Of a stretch of DNA of 64,000 nt, positions 23,129 through 31,842 are shown piece by piece (the first letter of the stretch is position 1; every line of letters starts with the position of its first letter). Under the pieces are notes generated by a model. It did not search any database and was not told where the DNA came from. It saw only the letters and a list, made by a program, of their open reading frames with translations. The DNA comes from a virus (lineage: Duplodnaviria; Caudoviricetes). The position numbers were made by a program, and so were the translations under genes. The DNA lies in the IMG/VR virus record IMGVR_UViG_2825252539_000001, positions 64,001 through 128,000 of that record. One strand, 5' to 3'.

Positions 23129-24585
23129 CTCTCACATTCTCTAGTTTCGTCGGTTGTCGGTCCGATATCGGCCAGCACTCGCGTAGTCAGATCGGCCGGC
23201 TTGTGGCAGTAGGCGCACGTGTCACGGTTGCCGTTGTGGAATGGCAAGGCGGACCGTTCGTCCGCGGTCAGAATGAAGTGATCGAAACAAATGCCTACGG
23301 CCATCGTCGGCGCCGCGGTCGCGCTCATTTGAGACCCAACCAAGTCAGAACTTGCGCCTCATCATCGGCGCGGTACCACGTGACGAGACCGACGGAATCG
23401 TGATAGGTCTCGACAATTAACCCGCTATCAGGATCTTGGTATGCCGTCGCGACCATTCCGGTCTCGTGGTTCATCTCCGACCACAACGGTTCCGCCGGTA
23501 CGTCACTCGGCGCGCGCAACCCTAGACGGTTCATGCGGACCGCCGAACAATGCCGCAACTGTCGCAGTGTCCGCCGATATGCGGGCAATTATCGTGACAC
23601 TGGGGATACCGCGGCCACGCGTGACCGCAGCGCGACGGTCGGTTACGGTATGCCGCGCTGGTCAGTTCGTCGGCGCGCGCCAAATCCGCAGCACTGGCCG
23701 CGCGTGGCGTCCATTCATGCGACGCATACCCCAACCATTCCGACTCAGGCGCATGTCCCATCCGCTGCAATCCGCACACGGCGCACACGTAGCCGGCCGA
23801 TTGCGCGACTACGCGCGTGAACGCGTCGACAAACCCGGGCTGATCTTGCAGCGCTAGAACCGGCCGAAGGGTCACCGCGCGTTCCTGGTGTACCGGGTGA
23901 CCTCAGCGGAAAACTCGCGCGCCGTGATCGCGTCACGCATGAAACGCGGTTTAGCCGGCCGGAAACGCTTCGCTTGCTTGGACATTGCCCTAGTTCCCTT
24001 CGGTTGTGGTGAGTGATTCCGTGCGCCACACACGGCGGAATGCCGCTGTGGTTTGTTCAAGAGTTGCGCCGGATAAGTGCGACCATCGGCCAATCGGCCG
24101 GCGCCAAGCTTCGTACGCCGCGTGAGAAATTGCGCCGTCCATGCTGCGATTCCGCCATGCGGCATGGATAGCTAGCAGGATCTCCCGCGGGTTGTGCGAC
24201 GCGATTCTGTCGACGGCGCTCATTGGCCTACCCCTTCGGTTGTGGTGCGGAAGTCAAAAACTGTTAGTCCGCTTCTCTCAATGGGTGCGACGCGCTTGGT
24301 CCAGTCGGCCATGATGGCGTCAAGATCTCCCAGCGACTCCGCTTCGTGTGACGCGTAGACCGCTTCGGGCATTGTGTCGAAAATTCCGGTGACCTCTCGG
24401 TCGTTGTCTGTCAGATAGATTTCGTACGCCTCAGTACGCATAACCGTGACTCCCGTTGCGGTCCCGAACGATGTACCGCGTGACGCCATAGCCGGTATCG
24501 CGACGGACAACCGTCAACCGTTCGCCCCAGTTGAAGCCGTGAGAGTGCAGACCGTCCACACCGTTCGCGAACGTTTGGCCGGCGC

Positions 24586-24801
24586 TCACTTGAACGTCTC
24601 CAGAATCGCGCCGTCGGAATCGCGGACAACTTGTGCGAAGCCGTAGAGCGTGGCCAGTTCGGCGCCGCGGGTGAGTGCTGCCGACTCGCCTGTGACGTAG
24701 TAGGCGCCGTTACCCGTGTGGACGATGAACCGGTCCGCGCGGATGGCGTCGGCTTCGGCCGGCATCATGTCGTAAAAGTCGCGGTTGATTGTTGCGCTCA
24801 T
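24586..24801 (-). CDS. Hypothetical protein, leaderless
   Basis: ATG lies 6 nt after the -10 box; begins MSATINRDFY. Confidence 0.7.
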   Translation of the reverse strand: MSATINRDFYDMMPAEADAIRADRFIVHTGNGAYYVTGESAALTRGAELATLYGFAQVVRDSDGAILETFK

Positions 24802-24843
24802 AGACTCATCGTAACCGCTAGGTGTACCCGACGCAAGGGGTAC
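24802..24843 (-). promoter_or_regulatory. SigA-type leaderless promoter with palindromic operator (copy 2)
   Basis: TTGCGT-N17-TACGAT-N6-ATG(24801); operator GTACCCGACGCAAGGGGTAC at 24824-24843. Confidence 0.88.
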
Positions 24844-26828
24844 AGCGAGAAAAGTTCTCATCGGTTGGCCTGCCAGTCGCTTAGCGGGTAGGCGCCAACC
24901 GCGTTCGGTCGCATGCGCATAGCATCGAGACCGTCATACGCTGCGACCGTCGCGATACCGTCACGCGCGAAGACGACAACGTAAGCGCTGAGGTACAGAC
25001 CAGGCCTACCGCGGCCGTTCGGGTAGTACCGCGCGACAAATGCCTCATACCGCGCGGTCAAGTCGTCACGTGGCGCGCTAGCCGGTTCTAGGTCCCTGTC
25101 GCTTACGCAATGTTGGTCAAACGGGTATGCCGGCTTGCCTACACCTAGAACGTGGTATCCCATTCCGCCCGTATTGATCGGGAACGGTCCGGACGTGATT
25201 ACGGCCGGATAGCGGAACGGCTTGCCGGTCTCGCTGCTTACGACGTTGGGACCGCTGTAGATGGTCACCTGATCACCGCGCGCGTAGCTCACGATTCCCA
25301 ACCGCTTTCCTGTGTGTAGCCGTTCCACGTGCTGCCGCCAATCGAGACCAGCTCACTAGCGCGATACTCGCGCGTAAACCATGACGTGGTACTAGACCAA
25401 ATCTCGACCTTGACGGTTGGCGCCTGGTGGTATTCATCCCAACCGGTACCGCGCGCAATGCCGGTCACGGTGCACTCATTGCGACGGACCGTCACCACGG
25501 CGCCGTTCGGGATAGCCGGCAAGTAAATGGCACTGCCTACGAAGTGCCCACACGGACCGTTGCCTAGGCTGTAGTCGTCCGCGGTACCCTCCCGAAAACA
25601 GCAATGCTCTGGAGTCGAGTGCAGCGTTACCGGTCCCGACCAGCAAGGGCACGGCGCGCTCATCGGATACCGAACGGTGCGAAGATGGCGCCGGAATTGG
25701 CCTGTACCCATTCGGCCGTGAGCGTCACGGGACCGTCTGAGACGTACTCCCAACCGCGGCAGTCAAACGTTGCGATGGCCCGACCATCGGCCGTGAGCTG
25801 TACCCAACCGGCATGGGTAAGCGTCTGAGAGTGCAGACCGTCTACCGCGTTGCGGAACTGCCGAACTTCGGTAGCCGTGACCTGATACCCCTGTGACCCG
25901 TCGGGCGCATAGCTCGGCGCTTGGATGCGGGTAAACGTTGCGTCTGACATGGTTGCGTTTCCTATCTGTTCTCAGGTGGTCGGTTTGGTCGATTCCCATT
26001 TATGGGAACTAGAGTGCGTACCGGTAGGCAGTAGCTAGACCGATGGCCGTAGCCGCGACAATGAGCAAGATCATTGGCCGGCGCCGATCAAAGCGTTGAT
26101 CCGCGCGGTAAACCAGCCGTAGAGCCACGGGTTACCCGCGTTCTGGTATTGCGCACGTAGCGCGCGCTGTAGTGGCGTCATGTCCGACGCGTAGACCTTC
26201 ATTTGTAGACGTCCGCTGTACCGTCGGGATTGACCACTACCGTGCACGGCCACGGAGCGACCAGCTTGCCGGTATCGGAGTAGCAACCGGGCGCATGGCC
26301 GTAGTCATCGCTTGCCGGTCCGCAGATACGCAACGCGGTCTCAGTGCAGCTCCAACCGGGCTCGTCTTCTGCCGGTTGCGCTTGCGCGTGACCCGATAGA
26401 CCGATGAGGCCAGCCGTTGCGAATGAAGCCGCTAGGACTACCTCAGCGCCGATAACGACTAGAGCAGTGCGGTTCATTACCAGACCCGCCCATCTGCCGT
26501 TGCAACCCACGTGCCGTTGCCGTCTTTCACGCTGGCCCACGTAAAGGTGCGCAGCTCCGACCATTTGGCAATGGCGTCCACGCGGGTATGCGCGGCGAAC
26601 GTACCGACTCCGCTGTGAATCGTGAATATGTTCATCGGTTCTCAATCCCTTCAATCGCTCGGAGCGTGGCAGCTGCGCCCAACCGAGCGCGCTGTTCAAA
26701 CGTGGTGCCCTTGCGTGATGCCGCCATACGTGCACGGGTCACAGCAGGGGAGTGATACAGCGGGTGAGCGTGCAACTCGGCACGGTATGCCGGATCACAG
26801 ACCCGTACGTCCCAGCTGCCGTGTGTCC

Positions 26829-27026
26829 TCATCGGACCGCTACCAAGTAAGCGGGAACCGTCGCGTGGCACGGTGCACCGTTCCAATCAACCGTCACGGT
26901 CTCGACAGTGCGAGCGGTGACGATTCCCAAGTGATACGACGCGAAGCCGTACCGGTCTAGGAGAACGACGCGCGCGCCGACCGTGGCGCGGGGATTGACC
27001 GAAGCGGTGATTTCCGAATTGCTCAT
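26829..27026 (-). CDS. Hypothetical SH3-like small protein, first gene of the leftward arm
   Basis: Leaderless ATG behind promoter copy 1; contains VGARVV...GIV...VTVDW pattern. Confidence 0.7.
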   Translation of the reverse strand: MSNSEITASVNPRATVGARVVLLDRYGFASYHLGIVTARTVETVTVDWNGAPCHATVPAYLVAVR

Positions 27027-27068
27027 GACTCCAGACTACCCGTCAGACGTACCCCTTGCAAGGGGTAC
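27027..27068 (-). promoter_or_regulatory. SigA-type leaderless promoter with perfect 20-bp palindromic operator (copy 1)
   Basis: TTGCAA-N17-TAGTCT-N6-ATG(27026); GTACCCCTTGCAAGGGGTAC at 27049-27068 is a perfect palindrome. Confidence 0.9.
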
Positions 27069-27248
27069 AGCCGTCGGGTATGTACCACCTTCGCAGTGAA
27101 CGCGTAGAGCGTCTAACAACAGTTTGCTAGCAAACACACATAGTTAGCTGTGCATGTGTTTGCTGCCCACACTCGAACGGGTTTGTCAAGGGCTCTGACC
27201 TGCGGTAACGGGGGGGAGGGTCGAAACTTCGGTTTGCTACCGGGCGGG

Positions 27249-27260
27249 TGACATCCGTCA
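27249..27260. other. Probable cos site (4-base overhang ATCC) joining the genome ends
   Basis: TGAC-ATCC-GTCA dyad in the non-coding gap between divergent arms, with a G-run upstream and TTTTTCTCCCC downstream. ATCC is the 3' overhang I recall for Omega/Cluster J phages. Confidence 0.7.
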
Positions 27261-27346
27261 GGGATTTTTCTCCCCGACAAGAAATTCTAGCAAAAAGTGA
27301 CCGTTGACCAGGGGTTTTCGGCACATGACAAGCAAGGGAACCCGGA

Positions 27347-27958
27347 TTGCGGCTACTTGCACACCAAATCGAGATCGTCGAGGCGATCAACAACAATTTC
27401 GTGACGTCGATATCCGCGCCACGACAGAACGGCAAATCATATGCCGCCCTCGCAGCAGCGATAGAGATAGGCGGCAGAACGCTTTTCGTTTCGCAGGGCT
27501 TCGCTGCAGCAAAGTGCCGATTCACAGAGGCTGAACGCTATGAATCCGACCGCGTCATCAAAGCATGCCGGACCAATGGCGAGCTATCCGTCATCCGCGA
27601 AAGCGGAACCATCAACTTCCTCGCGTACTCGAAGTACATCGGCCGCGGAATGTCCGCTGACACGCTGATCCTCGACGACGCCGACTTCGTCGATAACCCC
27701 GAGCTGATCGCGAACCTTTACCCGGTCATCGCCACATCGAAGAACCCGCGCATCGTCGCCCTCGGCATCCTGCCCGACCGCGGCCTCGCTGCCCACTTCT
27801 ACGAGTGTGCCGACAAAGTCCTGCACTGGTACGGCGACACCGAGGCGAAGGCCAACCCCGCTCTTGGCACGCTCATCTCCGAGAAAGCCATCGAGCGTGA
27901 GAAGCAGGTCATGCCGCCCGACATCTACCGGCGCGACCGGCTGGGCCTCTATGACTAA
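27347..27958 (+). CDS. Terminase large subunit ATPase-domain-only paralog
   Basis: Q-motif (HQ), Walker A SAPRQNGKS, GRG, Walker B-like TLILDDA and ANPALG...RRDRLG; ends where the nuclease domain would begin. Confidence 0.85.
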   Translation: MRLLAHQIEIVEAINNNFVTSISAPRQNGKSYAALAAAIEIGGRTLFVSQGFAAAKCRFTEAERYESDRVIKACRTNGELSVIRESGTINFLAYSKYIGRGMSADTLILDDADFVDNPELIANLYPVIATSKNPRIVALGILPDRGLAAHFYECADKVLHWYGDTEAKANPALGTLISEKAIEREKQVMPPDIYRRDRLGLYD

Positions 27959-28346
27959 GAAGACCACCGACAAAGGTCTCGGCCGGCGCCATCAAGCCGC
28001 CGTCGATTACCTCAAGCAGAAGCACCGAGACGGCTCTCCGTGCGACTGGTGCGGCAAGCCGATGTACCTCGATCCGACCAAGAACCCTGACTACGACTGG
28101 AGCGCCCCTGGCCGGCGCGGCAACGGGGTCCTGCAGGGCGATCACAGTGTGGTCAGCCGTTCAGAGTCTCTGCGCCGCGGTGAGCCTGTCTTGCCGCCGG
28201 ATCGACTGCTTCATGCCGAGTGCAACCGCCAGCGCGGTGCCGGCCTCAACGACCATCTAGCCGCGGTCAACCGTAGCTCAGTAAAGCCACTCCTACCCGT
28301 ATCCGAGTCGCCCGCGCGCGCAATGCCGTGGCCCTGGGCTGACTGA
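27951..28346 (+). CDS. HNH endonuclease (packaging-associated)
   Basis: CDWCGKPM...GDHS...LLHAECNRQRG; located upstream of terS. Confidence 0.85.
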   Translation: MTKKTTDKGLGRRHQAAVDYLKQKHRDGSPCDWCGKPMYLDPTKNPDYDWSAPGRRGNGVLQGDHSVVSRSESLRRGEPVLPPDRLLHAECNRQRGAGLNDHLAAVNRSSVKPLLPVSESPARAMPWPWAD

Positions 28347-28448
28347 ATAAGGCCTCTCGGCTCGCGCCATAGGAGGCGCGGCAACAGGCAACATCCCAAC
28401 AACATTGCCGCGGGCGTTGCGAGCCGAGATCACTTTTAGGGGAAATTC

Positions 28449-28523
28449 ATGAAGAAGTTCTTCACCAATGCATTGATCAATCTCGCCGTCTGCGTCGACC
28501 TGATCGCGGCATGGCGGAGCTAG
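28449..28523 (+). CDS. Putative 24-aa hydrophobic peptide overlapping the terS start
   Basis: SD-like AGGGGA, then MKKFFTNALINLAVCVDLIAAWRS*. Confidence 0.4.
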   Translation: MKKFFTNALINLAVCVDLIAAWRS

Positions 28524-28900
28524 GCGAACGCGGTCAAGAGGTCTACGACGCCCTGACGAAGGGCCGCGAAGTCAGCGGGGCTCATAAAGCCATGGCGCTC
28601 AACGCAGCCCGCCTCGCCGACACCCTCGACCGCATCGACACCGAATTCGCGTTGAGTCCTCACCTGACCGTCGAAAACGGCCAGGGCACGATCACCATCA
28701 ACCCACTGATCGCCGAGTCGCGACAGATTACCGGGTCGCTCATGCAAATCCTCGCCAAGTTGGGCGTCGCAGCTCTCCCGGAACCAAAGTCCGGAGAGAA
28801 GTCTGCACGTGACCAGCTTGCTGAAAAACGAGCTAAGCGACAAGCCGATATTCGGGGATCAGCGTCCCCGGATTCTGTACAGCCCGCCAGCTCCAACTAG
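28511..28900 (+). CDS. Terminase small subunit
   Basis: Position before TerL; AARLADTLDRI...INPLIAESRQ...ARDQLAEKR pattern. Confidence 0.85.
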   Translation: MAELGERGQEVYDALTKGREVSGAHKAMALNAARLADTLDRIDTEFALSPHLTVENGQGTITINPLIAESRQITGSLMQILAKLGVAALPEPKSGEKSARDQLAEKRAKRQADIRGSASPDSVQPASSN

Positions 28901-30374
28901 CGCCGGCCAGGAGGCTATTGACCTAGCCGAAGCCTCCGGCCTCATCCTCGACCCCTGGCAGTGCACATTCCTCATGGAAGCGCTCAAAGAGCGCGAGGAC
29001 GGCCGCTGGGCCGCGTTCGAGATCGGCCTCATGGTGAGCCGCCAGAACGGCAAGGGCTCCGCCCTGGAGGCGTTGGCGCTCTTCGGAATTCTCCTTGGCG
29101 GTGAACGCCTGATCATCTGGAGCGCCCACGAGTTCAAGACCGCGAAGAACGCCATGGAACGCATGGTCACGCTTCTGCGGAACTCTGGCGAGCGCTTCAA
29201 GGCCACCAACTCCCATGGCGCCGAGGGCATCGAACTCTTGGACGGCCCGAATGCCGGCGCCAAGATCCTCTTCCAGACGCGTACCAAGGGCAGCGGCCTG
29301 GGCTTGACGGCCGATCGCATCATCCTCGACGAGGCAATGATGATCTCGCCGGAATCCCTGCAGGCCCTGATGTTCACGGTGGCCGCAACGCCGAATCCGC
29401 AGATCGTCTACACCGGCTCCGCGGTGGATCAGCGTATCCACGCCAACTGCGAGGTGTTCGGCGGCGTCCGTGCCCGGGCTCTCGAAGCCTTGGCCAGTGG
29501 AATCGACACGTCTGTCTGCTACCTGGAATGGTCCTGCCCGGACGATCTCGATCAATCCGAGTTCGCCAAGCCGAAGTACTGGGCAATGGCCAACCCCGGC
29601 ATGGGCTACCGCCTCAGCGTCGAGAAGATCTCCAACGAATACCAAGCCCTGCGAACCAATCCGCGTGCCTTCGGCGTCCAGCGGCTGGGAGTAGGGGACT
29701 GGCCAGTCTTCGGTGACGCCCGCTCCGAGATCCCCACCGAACGCTGGCAGGCGATGATCGATCCCAAGCCGCAATTCATCGGCTCACCCGTCGTAACGCT
29801 CTACCGCACGCGCGAAGGTGGCCGTTGGGCTATTGCTGGGGCACAGCGCACGCTCACCGTGCGCGACGACAACACCGAAGACGCTCGCATCCACGTCGAC
29901 ATCGGCTATGCCGGCGAAGAAACCGTCGACCAAGTAATCACTCGCATGATCGACGTCATTACCGCGTGGGCGCCGGCCGCGGTCGTCGTTGGCCACGGTG
30001 GCGCTGCAGAGGTTCTGCCTCAGCTTGAAGCCGCCGGCATCGAACCGATCGTTCCGACTACCACCGAAGAAGCGCAGGCCTGTGGCGGGTTCTTGAATGA
30101 CTGCTTCGTCACTCCGCCGCCGCTATCCCATTTCGACCAACCCAATCTGAACAACGCTGTCGCGCACGCCATCCGGAAAGACCTTCCGAGCGGCGGTTTC
30201 GTGTGGGCGGTCGACAACGAAGACACGTACGCCGACTTGATGGCGGCAACCCTATCCCGCTGGGCAGTAATGAAATTCGGCTTGGACGACCAATCCGAAG
30301 CGATGGTCTATGACTGGCCGACTCAGGAAGAGATCGACGCCTGGCTGGAAGAGGAAGACGAGGACGACTTTTGA
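28809..30374 (+). CDS. Terminase large subunit
   Basis: Walker A VSRQNGKGS, Walker B IILDEA, YTGSA and WAMANPG. Confidence 0.95.
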   Translation: MTSLLKNELSDKPIFGDQRPRILYSPPAPTSAGQEAIDLAEASGLILDPWQCTFLMEALKEREDGRWAAFEIGLMVSRQNGKGSALEALALFGILLGGERLIIWSAHEFKTAKNAMERMVTLLRNSGERFKATNSHGAEGIELLDGPNAGAKILFQTRTKGSGLGLTADRIILDEAMMISPESLQALMFTVAATPNPQIVYTGSAVDQRIHANCEVFGGVRARALEALASGIDTSVCYLEWSCPDDLDQSEFAKPKYWAMANPGMGYRLSVEKISNEYQALRTNPRAFGVQRLGVGDWPVFGDARSEIPTERWQAMIDPKPQFIGSPVVTLYRTREGGRWAIAGAQRTLTVRDDNTEDARIHVDIGYAGEETVDQVITRMIDVITAWAPAAVVVGHGGAAEVLPQLEAAGIEPIVPTTTEEAQACGGFLNDCFVTPPPLSHFDQPNLNNAVAHAIRKDLPSGGFVWAVDNEDTYADLMAATLSRWAVMKFGLDDQSEAMVYDWPTQEEIDAWLEEEDEDDF

Positions 30375-30628
30375 CAGAGCGACTGAAAACGATTCGCTCT
30401 TGGTTGATCGGATTAACCCCTTCGATCGACCTGCGCAGTGTGCAGGGTGTTCTAGCAACGATCGTTGAACTGCTCGGGTTCGCGGCGATCGTCTACGGCT
30501 GCTTCCTGATTGCCCCGTTTGTCGGCGCCATCGTGGCTGGCATCGCTCTACTCATCCTGGCTCGCGCCATCGATCCTCCATCAGCACCGCCAACCCCGTA
30601 TGCCAATAAGGAGGACGGATGGCCTTAA
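30371..30628 (+). CDS. Small 2-TM membrane protein between TerL and portal
   Basis: Hydrophobic hairpin in a position common in HK97-like phages. Confidence 0.7.
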   Translation: MTERLKTIRSWLIGLTPSIDLRSVQGVLATIVELLGFAAIVYGCFLIAPFVGAIVAGIALLILARAIDPPSAPPTPYANKEDGWP

Positions 30629-31839
30629 TATCCCGTGCCTTCCCCGGCGTCGAGAAGCGTCTTGCGGACTTTGGGCCGGCCACTGAGATCCCAAGCTGGG
30701 CTGAAGTATCCGCGCTGGAATCCGGACCGCGACAGGGCGGGAGGGCAGCGAGCCTGTCAGCGTTCGTTGCGTGCCGGCGCATCCTTTGCGACGGTGTGGC
30801 AACCCTGCCGCTGCGGGCGTTCCGCGAAAAGGGCGAAATCCGCATCCTGAGTAAGCCTCAGCCCCCGTTACTGCAGAAGACCCCATACCCGGGAATCGTC
30901 TGGCGCGACTGGCTGTGGATGGTCATGAATTCCCTTGTCGTGACCGGCAACGCGTTTCTGCGAGTGACCGCCCGCGGCCCTGACAATCGGCCGACGTCAC
31001 TGCTTCCGCTTCACCCCGACGCCGTCAAGGTCGAGCCCGACAAAGAGTTGGGCTGGACGGTACCGATCTACAAGATCAACGGCAAGATCACGCCGGCCGA
31101 AGACATCGTCCACATCAAGCGGTACCCCATTGCGGGTTCCGTGGTCAGTCTCTCGGTTATCGAGGATTGCGCCGTAACGTTCGATCTGAGCGACGCGGCG
31201 AACAAGTACGGCCTCAGGTGGTTTCGCGACTCCGCGAATCCCAGCGGGATTCTGTCGAGCGATCAAGACCTAACTCCGACCCAGATCAAACAATCCCAGA
31301 AGAACTGGATTCTCAGTCACCGCGGCAGCCGCTATCCGGCAATGCTGGGCGGTGGCCTGAAGTGGCAATCACTCTCCATCACCCCCGAGGAGAGCCAGTT
31401 CCTAGAGACTCGGAAGTTTCAGCGCTCCGAGATTGCGATGCTCTTCGGCGTCCCGCCTCACATGATCGGCGACATCGAGAAGCAAACAAGTTACGGCACA
31501 GGGGTTGAGCAGCAATCCATCGGGTTCGCTGTGTACACACTTCGCCCCTGGCTCGAATGCATCGAACAAATTCTGAACACGCTTCTCCCTGGCGGTCAGT
31601 ACGTGAAGTTTGGCATCGATGCGCTGCTGCGCGGCGACTACAAGGCTCGCCAAGAGGGTTACCAAATGGCAATCCAGAGCGGCTATCTGTCCGTCAATGA
31701 GGTTCGGGCACTGGAGGATCGCGAACCGATCCCGGGTGGCGATATCCACCTGCAGCCCATGAACTTCGTCCCCCTTGGCTATGTGCCACCGGAGCCCAAG
31801 GCTCCAACTACACCTCCCGCCCACGGCGAGAAAGGTTAA
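30619..31839 (+). CDS. Portal protein (HK97 family)
   Basis: GNAF, EESQFLETRKFQRSEIAMLFGVPPHMIG, NEVRALE. Confidence 0.95.
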   Translation: MALISRAFPGVEKRLADFGPATEIPSWAEVSALESGPRQGGRAASLSAFVACRRILCDGVATLPLRAFREKGEIRILSKPQPPLLQKTPYPGIVWRDWLWMVMNSLVVTGNAFLRVTARGPDNRPTSLLPLHPDAVKVEPDKELGWTVPIYKINGKITPAEDIVHIKRYPIAGSVVSLSVIEDCAVTFDLSDAANKYGLRWFRDSANPSGILSSDQDLTPTQIKQSQKNWILSHRGSRYPAMLGGGLKWQSLSITPEESQFLETRKFQRSEIAMLFGVPPHMIGDIEKQTSYGTGVEQQSIGFAVYTLRPWLECIEQILNTLLPGGQYVKFGIDALLRGDYKARQEGYQMAIQSGYLSVNEVRALEDREPIPGGDIHLQPMNFVPLGYVPPEPKAPTTPPAHGEKG

Positions 31840-31842
31840 CCA

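Larger units (their letters stand above)
599..27026 (-). other. Leftward-transcribed right arm with dozens of short, tightly coupled genes, mostly hypothetical
   Basis: Continuous minus-strand tiling of 40-350 aa ORFs with ATGA/GTGA stop-start overlaps and five matching promoters. Confidence 0.85.

Noticed and set aside
12121-27068. CRISPR array or transposon ends from the 20-bp repeats
   Set aside because: Copies are kilobases apart, each aligned to a -10 box and an ATG; no spacers, cas genes or transposase.
27056-27084. Rightward promoter using the same palindromic TTGCAA (symmetry extends to TACCCG/CGGGTA)
   Set aside because: The hexamer at 17-nt spacing is TATGTA, which lacks the conserved final T; cannot be supported.
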